From NCBI GenBank assembly GCA_035260465.1, contig DATFVF010000083.1, positions 1 through 60,751 on the forward strand: DNA of 60,751 bases, written 5' to 3'. How positions within the stretch are numbered: position 1 is the stretch's first letter; every line of letters begins with the position of its first letter. This stretch comes from Pseudolabrys sp. GTDB taxonomy: Bacteria; Pseudomonadota; Alphaproteobacteria; Rhizobiales; Xanthobacteraceae. Both the position numbers and the translations under genes were made by a program. The notes under the pieces are model-generated. The model saw only the letters and a program-made list of their open reading frames with translations, was not told the DNA's origin and did not search any database. Shown in pieces: positions 40,721 to 51,667 of the stretch.

Positions 40721-41755
40721 ATGGCGTTCAAGGAACGCGTGTTTTCGGGCGTCCAGCCGACCGGTAATCTGCATCTCGGCAATTATCTCGGCGCGATCTC
40801 CAAGTTCGTGGCGCTGCAGGAGCGCTACGACTGCATCTATTGCGTGGTTGATTTACACGCCATCACGGTCTGGCAGGACCCCAGCGAATTGCCGCGCGCC
40901 ACGCGCGAGGTGACCGCCGCATTTCTTGCCTGCGGCATCGACCCGAAGAAGAACATCATCTTCAATCAAAGCCAGGTCGCCGAGCATGCGGAGCTCGCCT
41001 GGGTATTTAATTGCGTTGCTCGCATCGGCTGGCTCAACCGCATGACCCAATTCAAGGAGAAAGCCGGCAAGGACCGCGAGAACGCTTCAGTCGGCCTCTT
41101 CGTCTATCCGAACCTGATGGCCGCGGACATTCTGGCCTATCGCGCAACCCATGTTCCTGTCGGCGAAGACCAGAAGCAGCATCTCGAACTGTCGCGTGAC
41201 ATTGCGCAGAAATTCAACAATGACTTCGCCGCGTCGATCCAGGCGCACGGCTACGGCGATGCATTTTTCCCGCAGCCCGAGCCCTTAATACAAGGACCGG
41301 CGACACGGGTGATGTCGCTGCGCGACGGCACAAAGAAAATGTCGAAGTCGGAAGCATCCGACTATTCGCGCATCAATCTCACTGATGACGCCGACGCCAT
41401 TGCGCAGAAGATTCGCAAGGCCAAGACTGACCCCGAACCGCTGCCGAGCGAAGAGAAGGCTTTGGCGCCGCGCCCCGAGGCCGACAACCTCGTTGGTATC
41501 TACGCTGCGCTACAGGGAGTGAGTAAAGCTGAGGTGCTCGGGCAATTTGGCGGCGGGCAATTTTCTACCTTCAAAACTGCGTTGGTCGATCTCGCTGTCG
41601 CGAAACTCGGGCCGATTGGCGCCGAGATGAAGAAACTGGTCCAGGATCCGGTCTATATCGATTCGGTTCTGGGTGATGGCTCGCAACGTGCGCAAGTGAT
41701 CGCGGCGGAAACAATGAAGGCCGTCAAGGATATCGTCGGCTTCGTGAGGCGATAG
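40721..41755 (+). CDS. trpS: Tryptophan--tRNA ligase
   Basis: [31 protein letters not shown] and KMSKS. Confidence 0.98.
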   Translation: MAFKERVFSGVQPTGNLHLGNYLGAISKFVALQERYDCIYCVVDLHAITVWQDPSELPRATREVTAAFLACGIDPKKNIIFNQSQVAEHAELAWVFNCVARIGWLNRMTQFKEKAGKDRENASVGLFVYPNLMAADILAYRATHVPVGEDQKQHLELSRDIAQKFNNDFAASIQAHGYGDAFFPQPEPLIQGPATRVMSLRDGTKKMSKSEASDYSRINLTDDADAIAQKIRKAKTDPEPLPSEEKALAPRPEADNLVGIYAALQGVSKAEVLGQFGGGQFSTFKTALVDLAVAKLGPIGAEMKKLVQDPVYIDSVLGDGSQRAQVIAAETMKAVKDIVGFVRR

Positions 41756-41861
41756 TTTGCAGCGCGGAACACCCTCCTTGTCGGCGTGACGGCCGCCGTG
41801 CCACCATTGTCCGCTTGTGCATCTACTATTGCGCATCTGTTCGGACGGGAGCGTCGCGATC

Positions 41862-42356
41862 ATGGGCAGCAAGCGCCGCAGTTACGAGGCCGGCCACAAG
41901 CGTAAATATTTGGTGGTCATCGACGACACGCAAGAGTGTGACCGCGCCGTCTATTGGGCGGCCAAACGCGCAGGCCGTACCAAATCGCAGATTGTAATGT
42001 TACGCGTGATCGAGCCCGGCGATCGCAATCAGCAATGGCTTGGCGTTGCCGACATTATGAAGGCAGAGCAGCAAGAGGCCGCGAACGCTGCACTGGACAA
42101 ATACGCCGCGCGCGCCAAAAAGATCGCCCGTATCACACCCGATAGGGTGATCCGCGAAGGCGATACCGCCGAAGAAATCGTCAAGCTGATCGACGAAGAT
42201 GCCGACATCGGCATTCTGGTGCTGGCTGCCGGCACCGGAAACGAAGGCCCGGGTCCACTGGTCACCAACCTGGCCAAGACCGCCGGCATGTTCCCGATCC
42301 CCGTGGCGCTGGTGCCAGGACATCTGAGTGACGACGATATCGACGCAAGTTCGTGA
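41862..42356 (+). CDS. Universal stress protein
   Basis: LVVIDD, IREGDTAEEI, ILVLAA and PIPVALVPG; conserved trpS-nfu context. Confidence 0.9.
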   Translation: MGSKRRSYEAGHKRKYLVVIDDTQECDRAVYWAAKRAGRTKSQIVMLRVIEPGDRNQQWLGVADIMKAEQQEAANAALDKYAARAKKIARITPDRVIREGDTAEEIVKLIDEDADIGILVLAAGTGNEGPGPLVTNLAKTAGMFPIPVALVPGHLSDDDIDASS

Positions 42357-42464
42357 TTAACGCCGATTTTGCGCCGGTTGACCGCAGCCACCATAATCGC
42401 CATTTATGCGTTATAGTCCGACGACCCGCGGGCCTTTGAACCCGTTGAGGCAAGGAGCTGTGCG

Positions 42465-43025
42465 ATGTTCATCCAAACCGAAGCCACGCCGAATCCGGCA
42501 ACGCTGAAATTCCTGCCGGGGAGACTTGTGCTCGAATCCGGCACGCTCGACCTCCCGACGAAGGAAGCTGCAGCGCGATCGCCGCTTGCCGCTAAGCTGT
42601 TCGATGTTCCGAATGTCAGCGGTGTCTTCTTCGGCTCCGACTTCATTTCGGTGACCAAAACCGACGGTGACTGGCAACAGATGAAGCCGGCGATTCTCGG
42701 CGCCATCATGGAACACTATATGTCCGGCGCTGAGCTGTTGTCGGACGATGCGAAATCGGACGAAGCCTTAGCTGACGAATTCTTCGACGCCAAAGACGCG
42801 GAGACTGTCGCAACCATCAAGGATCTGATCGAGACGCGCGTGCGTCCGGCGGTCGCCAGCGACGGCGGCGACATTACCTTCCGTGGCTACAAGGAAGGAA
42901 TCGTCTATCTCAATATGAAGGGCGCTTGCTCCGGCTGCCCGTCGTCGACCGCCACTCTCAAGCACGGCATCCAGAACCTGCTGCGGCATTTTGTGCCGGA
43001 CGTGGTCGAAGTACGGCCGATGTGA
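42465..43025 (+). CDS. NifU/Nfu family Fe-S scaffold protein
   Basis: MFIQTEATPNPATLKF, VRPAVASDGGDI and GACSGCPSS. Confidence 0.95.
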   Translation: MFIQTEATPNPATLKFLPGRLVLESGTLDLPTKEAAARSPLAAKLFDVPNVSGVFFGSDFISVTKTDGDWQQMKPAILGAIMEHYMSGAELLSDDAKSDEALADEFFDAKDAETVATIKDLIETRVRPAVASDGGDITFRGYKEGIVYLNMKGACSGCPSSTATLKHGIQNLLRHFVPDVVEVRPM

Positions 43026-43050
43026 TTTGCGGCCCTTAAGGCCCTCGCTG

Positions 43051-43137
43051 CGTCATGCCCGGCCTGTGCCGGGCATTCACGTATCAGGGCTTATCTGCAA
43101 CAAAGGCGTGGATGGCCGGACAATCCGCGCCACGACG
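43051..43137. repeat. Degenerate GTCATG-type REP-like element
   Basis: CGTCATGCCCGGC-CTGT-GCCGGGCATTCACG...CGTGGATGGCCGG...CCACGACG. Confidence 0.8.
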
Positions 43138-43153
43138 GTGCTAAATTCGAAGC

Positions 43154-43840
43154 ATGCGCGTCCTTGCCATCGATACCGCCCTCGAAGCCTGCTCAGTTGC
43201 GGTGATCGACACCGCGGACGCGCACGCGCACCACGCATATGAATCGCTGCCAATGCAGCGTGGCCACGCCGAGGCACTAATGCCGCTGGTCGCACGCGTG
43301 CTCGACCGCGCCCAGCTCGACTTCAGCAATCTTGATCGCATTGCTGTCACCACCGGACCCGGGAGCTTCACCGGCCTACGCGTCGGCATCGCCGCCGCGC
43401 GCGGTATCGCCCTCGCGGCCGGCAAACCGGCGATCGGGTTGTCAACCCTCGCGGCCTTCGCTGCGCCATTCATCGCTTCCAACGACACGCTGCCGGTGGT
43501 GGTAGCGATCGACGCGCGGCACGACCACGTCTATCTGCAAGTGTTCGGCCCCGGAGGCCGCACACTGGTTGCGCCTCGGGTCGCTCCATTGCGCGAAGCG
43601 CTGCGAGTTTCTGCGACCGGCGCGCCGCGCATCACGGGCACCGCGGCCAAAATGCTTGCAGCCATTTGGCCCGCGGGTGAGCGGGCACCGACCGTGGTCG
43701 AGCAGCGCGGCGCGCCAGATATTAACTGGGTGGCGCGGCTTGGGGCTGCGGCGACTGACACGGGAACACCGCCGAAGCCGCTGTATCTGCGGGCCCCGGA
43801 TGCTCATCCCCAAGACGCCGTGAAATTGGCCCGCCGATGA
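43154..43840 (+). CDS. tsaB: tRNA threonylcarbamoyladenosine biosynthesis protein TsaB
   Basis: LAIDTA, GHAEALMP, GPGSFTGLRVG, IDAR and PLYLR. Confidence 0.95.
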   Translation: MRVLAIDTALEACSVAVIDTADAHAHHAYESLPMQRGHAEALMPLVARVLDRAQLDFSNLDRIAVTTGPGSFTGLRVGIAAARGIALAAGKPAIGLSTLAAFAAPFIASNDTLPVVVAIDARHDHVYLQVFGPGGRTLVAPRVAPLREALRVSATGAPRITGTAAKMLAAIWPAGERAPTVVEQRGAPDINWVARLGAAATDTGTPPKPLYLRAPDAHPQDAVKLARR

Positions 43841-44319
43841 TTGGCTTTATCAGCAACCTGTTTGCGCGCGGTGAGCCGGCCATATCGGAAGCGAGCGAGC
43901 GCGACGCGGCAGCATTTGCAGTATTGCATGACGCGTCGTTTCGGCGCGGCTGGAGCGAACAGGAAGTCGATGCTCTGCTGATCGACCGGCACGTGATTGC
44001 ACATCGCGCGCTGATCGGGGCCAAACTTGCCGGATTCATTATGTCCCGGGTGGTCGAGGACGAGGCGGAAATTCTTTCGGTCGCGGTTGCCGGCCGGCAG
44101 CGTGGCCGTGGGCTCGCGCGCCAATTGCTGACTCTGCATCTGCGCAGGCTGGCCGGCCTTGGCGCGCGCGCTGTCTTTCTTGAAGTCGACGAGCACAACG
44201 ACCCGGCGCTCCGGCTTTACCGCCGGGCCGGCTTTCACGAAGTGGCACGTCGTGCCGATTACTACCCCGGTTCCAGCGGCGCTGCGGCCGCATTAGTGCT
44301 GCGACGCGATCTTTCTTGA
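43837..44319 (+). CDS. rimI: RimI-like GNAT acetyltransferase
   Basis: EAEILSVAV, RGRGLA, FLEVDEHN and LYRRAGF...YY; follows tsaB. Confidence 0.88.
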   Translation: MIGFISNLFARGEPAISEASERDAAAFAVLHDASFRRGWSEQEVDALLIDRHVIAHRALIGAKLAGFIMSRVVEDEAEILSVAVAGRQRGRGLARQLLTLHLRRLAGLGARAVFLEVDEHNDPALRLYRRAGFHEVARRADYYPGSSGAAAALVLRRDLS

Positions 44320-44403
44320 TACCTCGAGGAACGCGTGCCGGACGACGTTCAATATGATAGAAAGGCCTTGAGAATAGGCCCGACAGGCGCCAGAGACGAT
44401 GAC

Positions 44404-44853
44404 GTGAACACTGCAAGCAAAAGCACCCTCGAGAAGAAAAACATCGAAGCGCTCTGCGCCGCCAAGGGCATGCGCATGACCGAGCAGCGTCGCGTGATCG
44501 CGCGCGTGCTAGCGGACTCTGACGACCATCCTGATGTCGAAGAACTTTATCGCCGCTGTGCCAAGGTCGACGACCGCATCTCGATTTCCACGGTGTATCG
44601 GACGATGCGGTTATTCGAGGATGCGGGCATCATCGAACGCCACGATTTTCGCGATGGCCGCGCGCGCTACGAGCCCATCCCGGAGTCCCACCACGATCAC
44701 TTGATTAACCTGCGCAATGGTGAAGTGATTGAATTCCAGTCGGAGGAGATCGAACGCTTGCAGGCTGAGGTTGCGCGCAAGCTCGGTTACAAACTTGTCG
44801 ACCACCGGCTTGAGCTCTATGCCGTGCCCCTCAAAGACGACAAGGGCGGCTGA
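44404..44853 (+). CDS. fur: Fur/Mur family metal-responsive regulator
   Basis: GMRMTEQRR, DHPDVEELY, ISTVYR, HHDHLI and HRLELY. Start GTG 44404 (alternative 44335). Confidence 0.93.
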   Translation: MNTASKSTLEKKNIEALCAAKGMRMTEQRRVIARVLADSDDHPDVEELYRRCAKVDDRISISTVYRTMRLFEDAGIIERHDFRDGRARYEPIPESHHDHLINLRNGEVIEFQSEEIERLQAEVARKLGYKLVDHRLELYAVPLKDDKGG

Positions 44854-45659
44854 TGCTGCGTGCGATTTCGACCGCAGCATTTTTTTTTACCATGACGCCG
44901 CTACTGATCTCGATCCAGTGGCTGCTCACCAAGGTGAACTTGCCGGGCTGGGGCTTTATCGCAACTCGTTATTATCGTGTGTTGTGCGGCATTCTCGGCA
45001 TACGCGTGCGCGTCGTCGGTGCGCCGGTTCATGATCGCGCGGTGCTGTTCGTTTCCAACCATGTGTCCTGGGCCGATATTCTGGTGATCGGTTCGGTCGT
45101 GCCGATTGCCTTCGTGTCAAAAAGCGAAGTCGAGAAATGGCCGCTGGTCGGGGTGACCGCGCGGCTGCAGCGCACCGTATTCGTCGACCGCGCGCGCCGC
45201 CATCAATCGGTCCATGCAGTTGGCGAAATCGTGAAGCGGCTGGCCGGCGGCACGTCGGTCGTTTTGTTCGCGGAGGGCACGTCGAGTGACGGCAATCGGG
45301 TGCTGCCGTTCCGCTCCGCGCTGCTGGGCGCGGTCGAGGAAGCTGCCGCACGCGGCGGCGACGCAGCGCAAGTGCTGATCCAGCCAATGTCGATCAGTTA
45401 CACCGGGATCAACGGCATCCCAATGGGCCGTCAGCATCGCCCCGTCGTCGCATGGTACGGCGACCTCGATTTCATGCCGCACATCAGGGCGCTGATGGCG
45501 CGCGGCGCGGTCGATGCGGTGGTGACCTATGGCGATCCGATCCCGGCCGACCAAGTGGCGGACCGCAAAGCAATGACCATGCGGCTAGAAGGCGCCGTGC
45601 GACGCCTAAGTGCAGGGGCGCTGCGGGGCCGTCAGCTCGCCGCCTCGGCTGCCGAGTGA
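44853..45659 (+). CDS. Lysophospholipid acyltransferase (PlsC/OlsA family)
   Basis: NHVSWAD, FVDR and FAEGTS motifs. Confidence 0.92.
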   Translation: MLRAISTAAFFFTMTPLLISIQWLLTKVNLPGWGFIATRYYRVLCGILGIRVRVVGAPVHDRAVLFVSNHVSWADILVIGSVVPIAFVSKSEVEKWPLVGVTARLQRTVFVDRARRHQSVHAVGEIVKRLAGGTSVVLFAEGTSSDGNRVLPFRSALLGAVEEAAARGGDAAQVLIQPMSISYTGINGIPMGRQHRPVVAWYGDLDFMPHIRALMARGAVDAVVTYGDPIPADQVADRKAMTMRLEGAVRRLSAGALRGRQLAASAAE

Positions 45660-45755
45660 CCCGTCTTAAAATTGCAACAAATTCAACTATATGGATCAGC
45701 GCGACAAATCCCGTTGTGACAGGCTAGATTGGTGCCTGGTTCGTCCCGGAACGGC

Positions 45756-47141
45756 ATGAGCAAACCCAGCAAAGTCCACGTCAAATCCTTCGGCTGCCAG
45801 ATGAACGTCTACGATTCCCATCGTATGGCGGACACTTTGGTGCCCGCCGGGTTCAGCGAGACGGCAAATCCCGAAGATGCCGATCTCATCATCCTGAATA
45901 CATGCCACATCCGCGAAAAGGCTGCCGACAAGGTCTATTCCGAGATCGGCCGCATCCGCGAATTAAAGGAAACGGCGGCGCGCGATGGCCGCCGTGTATT
46001 GCTCGCGGTCGCCGGCTGTGTCGCGCAGGCGGAGGGCAAAGAAATTATTCGCCGCGCCGGCGCTGTCGATCTGGTCGTCGGCTCGCAAAATTATCACCGC
46101 CTGCCGGAGATGATCGCCCGCGCGCAAGGCGGAGAGAAAGTCGTCGACACCGAATTTCCGGTCGAGGACAAATTCGATGTTCTGGCGGCACCCAAACGAG
46201 ACGCCATTGCGAAGCGTGGCATTTCCGCCTTCGTCACTGTGCAGGAAGGCTGCGACAAGTTCTGTACTTTCTGTGTGGTGCCCTATACGCGCGGCGCTGA
46301 AGTCTCGCGGCCAGTTGAAAAGATCGTCAAAGAGGTCGAACGGCTGGCCGGGGCCGGTGTACGCGAGCTGACGCTGATTGGCCAGAACGTGAATGCCTAT
46401 CATGGGATGGGCCCCGACGGCTCGCCGTCAACGCTCGGTAAATTGCTGCGCCGCCTCGCGCAAGTGTCCGGGATTTTGCGTCTGCGCTACTCCACCAGTC
46501 ATCCGCGCGACATGAATGAGGATCTAATAGCGGCACATGGCGAGCTGTCGGCGCTGATGCCTTATGTGCATCTGCCCGTGCAGTCCGGCTCCGACCGCAT
46601 TCTGGAAGCGATGAACCGAAAGCATACGCGCCGGGACTATCTCGACACGATTGCGCGCCTGCGTGCCAGCCGCGCCGATCTCGCATTCACGTCCGATTTC
46701 ATCGTGGGTTTCCCCGGCGAGACCGAAGACGATTTCCGCGACACGCTCACGCTGGTCGACGAGATCGGCTTCGCCGGAGCCTATACATTCAGCTATTCGC
46801 CGCGCCCGGGCACGCCGGCCGCCGAGATAGACGACCAAGTGTCGCATGAGGAAAAGTCCGAACGCCTGCAACGACTGCAGGCCTTGATCACGCGCCATCA
46901 ACGCCGGTTCAATGCCAGTTTTGTCGGACGCAGCCTCGACGTCTTGGTCGAAAAGCCGGCCCGGCTGCCTGGGCAGCTCGTCGGCCGCTCCCCATATTTA
47001 CAGGCAGTTCACATCATGGCCGCTCCCGACCTCATCGGTTCGGTCCGGCGCGTGACCATCAACGAAATCGGCAGCAACAGCCTCTTCGGCGCGCTCGCCG
47101 ATGAAAAGCGCACGCCGGCGCTTGCACCAGCAGGAGCTTGA
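45756..47141 (+). CDS. miaB: tRNA-2-methylthio-N6-dimethylallyladenosine synthase
   Basis: [30 protein letters not shown] radical SAM motif and TRAM tail. Confidence 0.97.
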   Translation: MSKPSKVHVKSFGCQMNVYDSHRMADTLVPAGFSETANPEDADLIILNTCHIREKAADKVYSEIGRIRELKETAARDGRRVLLAVAGCVAQAEGKEIIRRAGAVDLVVGSQNYHRLPEMIARAQGGEKVVDTEFPVEDKFDVLAAPKRDAIAKRGISAFVTVQEGCDKFCTFCVVPYTRGAEVSRPVEKIVKEVERLAGAGVRELTLIGQNVNAYHGMGPDGSPSTLGKLLRRLAQVSGILRLRYSTSHPRDMNEDLIAAHGELSALMPYVHLPVQSGSDRILEAMNRKHTRRDYLDTIARLRASRADLAFTSDFIVGFPGETEDDFRDTLTLVDEIGFAGAYTFSYSPRPGTPAAEIDDQVSHEEKSERLQRLQALITRHQRRFNASFVGRSLDVLVEKPARLPGQLVGRSPYLQAVHIMAAPDLIGSVRRVTINEIGSNSLFGALADEKRTPALAPAGA

Positions 47142-47148
47142 AAAACCC

Positions 47149-48180
47149 TTGCGCACGACGGATCCCGTGATCCCGCCCGCCGCCGCCTCCGAAGAGACGG
47201 CCACCACACAGACTGTCCTCGCCTTCGAGGACAACAAGCTCGCCTCAATCCTGTTCGGCCAGTACGGACAGAACCTCGCTTTGATCGAGCGGCGCCTCGG
47301 CGTTGTCGCGGAACAGCGCGGCAATCACGTGACCATCGAGGGTTCGCGTGGCGCCTGTGAACAAGCGCGCCGGGTCCTGGAAGGGCTCTACGAGCAGCTC
47401 AAGCGCGGACGCGATTTGAGTCAAGGCGATGTCGAAGGCGCGATCCGTCAGGCGATCGCGCAGGGCTCATTGTTCGACTATGACCCCGCTTCGCCGCGGC
47501 CGGCTTTCGAGGAAATCAATCTGCGCAAGCGGCCAGTGCGTGCCCGCACGGCCGCGCAAGATGCATACATTCGTGCCCTCAAACGGCACGCTCTCGTGTT
47601 CGGCGCCGGACCCGCGGGTACAGGCAAGACCTGGCTCGCAGTTGCACAGGCGGTCCAGATGTTCGAACGAAAAGAAGTCGATCGCATCATCCTGTCGCGG
47701 CCGGCGGTGGAAGCCGGCGAGCGTCTCGGTTTTCTTCCCGGCGACATGCGAGAGAAAGTCGACCCCTACCTGCGGCCGATCTACGATGCACTTTATGACT
47801 TGATGGACGCGCGCATTGTCGAACGTGCACTACAGGCCGGCGAAATCGAAATTGCACCGCTCGCCTTTATGCGTGGGCGCACGTTGTCGAATGCTGCGGT
47901 GATCCTGGACGAGGCGCAAAACACCACCTCGATGCAAATGAAGATGTTCCTCACGCGCCTCGGCGAGAACAGCCGCATGATCGTCACCGGCGACCCCAGC
48001 CAAGTTGACTTGCCGCAAGGCCAGACGTCCGGGTTGGCTGAAGCGGTCAAGTTGCTCAATGGCATCGAAGGGGTTGGGCACGTATTCTTTACCCATGAAG
48101 ACGTGATCCGTCACGAACTTGTCGCTCGGATCGTGGAAGCCTACGACCGTAAAATGCCCACGCCAGAGGGCAAAGGATGA
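47149..48180 (+). CDS. phoH: PhoH family ATPase (YbeZ)
   Basis: GPAGTGKT, RPAVEAGERLGFLPG, MRGRTL, DEAQN and TGD. Start uncertain. Confidence 0.95.
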   Translation: MRTTDPVIPPAAASEETATTQTVLAFEDNKLASILFGQYGQNLALIERRLGVVAEQRGNHVTIEGSRGACEQARRVLEGLYEQLKRGRDLSQGDVEGAIRQAIAQGSLFDYDPASPRPAFEEINLRKRPVRARTAAQDAYIRALKRHALVFGAGPAGTGKTWLAVAQAVQMFERKEVDRIILSRPAVEAGERLGFLPGDMREKVDPYLRPIYDALYDLMDARIVERALQAGEIEIAPLAFMRGRTLSNAAVILDEAQNTTSMQMKMFLTRLGENSRMIVTGDPSQVDLPQGQTSGLAEAVKLLNGIEGVGHVFFTHEDVIRHELVARIVEAYDRKMPTPEGKG

Positions 48181-48683
48181 AGCCGGCGCAAGAGCAGCGC
48201 GCGATGCCGCAAATTGATATCCAGATGCAATCGCCGCTTTGGAAAGCGCAGCCTCTGGCCGGCCAAACCGTGCGCGAGGCAATTTCGGCGGCTGCATCCA
48301 CACTCTCAACAGAGGCTGGCGAAGTCAGTATCGTGCTGAGCGACGATTCGGAGATCGTCAAACTCAATCGTAATTGGCGCGGCATCGACAAGCCGACCAA
48401 CGTGCTGTCGTTCCCGGCGTCCGGTCAAAGGGCTGGCAATAATGTCCTGCTGTTCGGCGACATCATCATTGCCTACGAGACGCTTAAACGGGAGTGCGAC
48501 GATGAAAACCGCATCTTCCTTCATCACCTCGCCCATCTCGCGGTGCATGGTTTTCTCCACCTCATCGGCTACGATCACCAAACCGATGCGCAAGCCGATG
48601 AGATGGAAGGGCTCGAAAGCAAGATCATGGCGCGCTTGAATATCCCGGACCCCTATCTTTCGCGCGATCTTGGCGACGCCTGA
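48177..48683 (+). CDS. ybeY: rRNA maturation RNase YbeY
   Basis: DKPTNVLSFP and HGFLHLIGYDH. Confidence 0.96.
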   Translation: MKPAQEQRAMPQIDIQMQSPLWKAQPLAGQTVREAISAAASTLSTEAGEVSIVLSDDSEIVKLNRNWRGIDKPTNVLSFPASGQRAGNNVLLFGDIIIAYETLKRECDDENRIFLHHLAHLAVHGFLHLIGYDHQTDAQADEMEGLESKIMARLNIPDPYLSRDLGDA

Positions 48684-48688
48684 CAGCC

Positions 48689-49864
48689 ATGCCTGACAGC
48701 GACCCATCCAGTTCGAGCCCAACCGGCGCGCCATTTGAGCCGCGCAATCTGCCGGTCCCTGTGCCACCGACGCAGGAAGGCGGCGAGAAATGGTTCATGC
48801 GCGCGCTGCGCGTGTTGTTCGGATGGAAACCGACGACCAATCGCGCCGACCTAAAGGACATCCTCGACGCCATGAGCCCCGGAGAGTCCGGCTTTTCGCC
48901 GGAAGAGGGCCGGATGCTCAAAAATATCCTCGGCCTGCGCGAGCGCCGGGTTGGAGATGTCATGGTTCCACGCGCGGATATCATCGCCGTGCAACAAGAC
49001 ATCAAGCTCGGCGAACTTGTGCGCGTGTTCGAAGGTGCTGGTCACTCTCGACTCGTGGTCTACAACGACACGCTCGACGATCCTGTAGGCATGGTGCACA
49101 TCCGCGATCTGATCGCTTTTATGACCGCACGCGCCGCTGTCGATCCGGAAAAAAATGCCAAGCGCAAAAAGCCGTTGCCGGCCGGCCTCGATCTCAAAGC
49201 CGTCAACCTCGCTATGCCATTGTCGGGCACCAAGATCGTGCGCGAAATCCTGTTCGTGCCGCCATCGATGCGCGTGATCGACCTGCTGGCGCGGATGCAG
49301 GCGACGCGCATCCACCTATCGCTGGTGGTCGACGAATACGGCGGCACCGACGGCTTGGCGTCGATCGAAGACATCGTCGAGCAGATCGTCGGCGAGATTG
49401 CCGATGAACACGATGAGGACGAATTGCCGGCCGTGGCGCAGCAACCTGACGGCTCTTACGTTGCCGACGCGCGCGCCAAGATCGAAGACGTGGTCGGGAC
49501 AGTCGGCAACGATTTCGACGTCGGCGATGCCGCCGAGGAAGTCGACACCATCGGCGGCTATCTGGTGACGCGCGCGGGCCGGTTGCCAGTACGCGGCGAA
49601 ATCGTCCCAGGCCCTGGCCTGTTCGAATTCGAGGTGCTGGATGCCGACCCGCGCCGCGTCAAACGCGTGCGCATTACCCGGCTGAAGGAACGACGCGACC
49701 GCCCGCGCGAGCTGCGCCGGCGCGAGTCAGAAGGCGCATCCGGCAGCGCAACCTACGCCACCAACGACGATTCCTCTGCGCCAAAAGATGCGGGATCACC
49801 AACCGGCGACGATTCCTCCGCATCCAAGGGTGCGGGATCCTCAGCGGACGCGCGCCGCCTGTGA
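48689..49864 (+). CDS. CBS/CorC-HlyC domain protein (CorC/YbeX-like)
   Basis: VMVPRADI, HSRL, VDEYGGTDG, IEDIVEQIVGEIADEHD and DADPRR; ybeY-corC-lnt context. Confidence 0.93.
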   Translation: MPDSDPSSSSPTGAPFEPRNLPVPVPPTQEGGEKWFMRALRVLFGWKPTTNRADLKDILDAMSPGESGFSPEEGRMLKNILGLRERRVGDVMVPRADIIAVQQDIKLGELVRVFEGAGHSRLVVYNDTLDDPVGMVHIRDLIAFMTARAAVDPEKNAKRKKPLPAGLDLKAVNLAMPLSGTKIVREILFVPPSMRVIDLLARMQATRIHLSLVVDEYGGTDGLASIEDIVEQIVGEIADEHDEDELPAVAQQPDGSYVADARAKIEDVVGTVGNDFDVGDAAEEVDTIGGYLVTRAGRLPVRGEIVPGPGLFEFEVLDADPRRVKRVRITRLKERRDRPRELRRRESEGASGSATYATNDDSSAPKDAGSPTGDDSSASKGAGSSADARRL

Positions 49865-51450
49865 CGCCCACTCGCCTCGCCCACGTCATCGTTCTCTCAT
49901 CCGGTTGGCGGCGCGCGTTCGTCGCATTCGCCGCTGGCGCCGCATCCGCGCTGGCCATGGCCCCCTTCAACGCCTGGCCGATTCTGTTCCTGACATTTCC
50001 GGTCCTGGTCTGGCTCATTGATGGCTCCGCCGCAGGCCGATGGAGCGGTCCAATAAATGCGGCAGTAGCCGGCTGGTTTTTTGGTTTCGGCTATTTTCTC
50101 GCGGGGTTGTACTGGATCGGCTACGCCTTCCTGGTCGACGTGAAGACGTTCGGTTGGCTGCTGCCGCTCGCCGTCGCCGGGTTACCGGCCTACCTGGCGC
50201 TCTACACAGCACTTGGCCTAGCCATTGCGCGCTTGATGTGGGTGCGCGGGCCCGAACGGGTGCTGGCGTTGGCTGTGGCTTTAACCGTCACCGAGTGGCT
50301 CCGTGGCCATCTGCTCAGCGGCTTTCCTTGGAACACGTTCGGCTACGCGCTCACTGAGCCCTTGGCGCTGGCGCAGAGCGTCTCGCTCGTTGGCGTCTGG
50401 ACGCTCACATTTTTCTGCATCGCCATTTGTGCAACTCCGGCGGTAACCGCCGACGACAAAGCCGATACGCGGCATCCCTATCGCCCGCTTTTCATAGGCA
50501 TCGTTGTGCTCGCGGCGGCGTTCGGCTTTGGCGCGACAAGATTATGGTCGCATCCGACCGAATACGTAGGCGGGGTTAAGCTGCGCATCATGCAGCCCAA
50601 CCTGCCGCAGGACGATAAATTCAACTATTCAGCAAAAGCGCAGGTGATGGATCGCTACTTGCGCTTGTCCGACCGCGCAACCGGTCCGCAATCGAACGGC
50701 ATACATGACGTAACGCATTTGATCTGGCCGGAGGCCGCGTTTCCATTTTTCTTGACTCGCGAGCCAGATGCGCTGGCTCAGATTGCCGGTTTGCTAAAAC
50801 CGTCAACCGTATTGATCACAGGCGCGGTGCGCGCGGCGTCGAACGCGAGCGCCCGCAATCCGCAAGCATATAATTCAATTTATGTGATCGATCCCGACGG
50901 CTCGATCCGCGGCATCTACGACAAAGTGCACCTGGTTCCGTTCGGCGAATATCTTCCGTTTCAGCGGCTGCTGGAACGGCTCGGCGTGATGCAGCTCACC
51001 AAAGTTGCCGGCGGCTTCATGTCGGGTGATCGCAGACGCGCCATAGACATTCCCGGCACACCGAAAATGTTACCGCTGATCTGCTACGAGGCGATCTTCC
51101 CCGGCGCAGCGGTTCCACCTGGTGAGCGGCCGGGCTGGCTGGTGAACGTCACAAATGACGGCTGGTTTGGGATCAGCACAGGGCCCTACCAGCATTTTCA
51201 ACAAGCGCGCGTTCTAGCCATTGCCGAAGGTCTGCCGTTGGTACGCGCTGCCAATACCGGTGTCTCGGCGGTCATCGATCCCGTTGGCCGGGTCATCAAT
51301 GCGTTACCGTTGGGCGTCGAAGGCGTGCTTGATGCCCGGCTGCCAACTGCAATCGAGCCAACCATCTATTTGAGTTACGGCAATTATTTCTTGATTTTCG
51401 TGCTGGTCGTGAGCCTGATCATTGTAGGGCGGCGCCGGCTTCGCGCATAG
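49861..51450 (+). CDS. lnt: Apolipoprotein N-acyltransferase
   Basis: GFPW, QPN, WPEAA, YDKVHLVPFGEY, ICYE, NDGWF and RAANTG. Confidence 0.96.
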   Translation: MTPTRLAHVIVLSSGWRRAFVAFAAGAASALAMAPFNAWPILFLTFPVLVWLIDGSAAGRWSGPINAAVAGWFFGFGYFLAGLYWIGYAFLVDVKTFGWLLPLAVAGLPAYLALYTALGLAIARLMWVRGPERVLALAVALTVTEWLRGHLLSGFPWNTFGYALTEPLALAQSVSLVGVWTLTFFCIAICATPAVTADDKADTRHPYRPLFIGIVVLAAAFGFGATRLWSHPTEYVGGVKLRIMQPNLPQDDKFNYSAKAQVMDRYLRLSDRATGPQSNGIHDVTHLIWPEAAFPFFLTREPDALAQIAGLLKPSTVLITGAVRAASNASARNPQAYNSIYVIDPDGSIRGIYDKVHLVPFGEYLPFQRLLERLGVMQLTKVAGGFMSGDRRRAIDIPGTPKMLPLICYEAIFPGAAVPPGERPGWLVNVTNDGWFGISTGPYQHFQQARVLAIAEGLPLVRAANTGVSAVIDPVGRVINALPLGVEGVLDARLPTAIEPTIYLSYGNYFLIFVLVVSLIIVGRRRLRA

Positions 51451-51667
51451 ATTGAGCATACCAACTACGTATTAGGAAAGTTGTTGCCGGCACAAAACGC
51501 TGCTTGGGCCACGATCTACGTTAGACGTCAAATTATCAGCATACAAAAAGCTTCTGAAATCTATGACTTATTTACGCGCGCTTTCCCGATTACAGGGAAT
51601 TCACGCATTGCATTGCCGCCTTCACTTGTGACAACTACGCCTAAAAATGGGGGCATAGGAGAAATCA

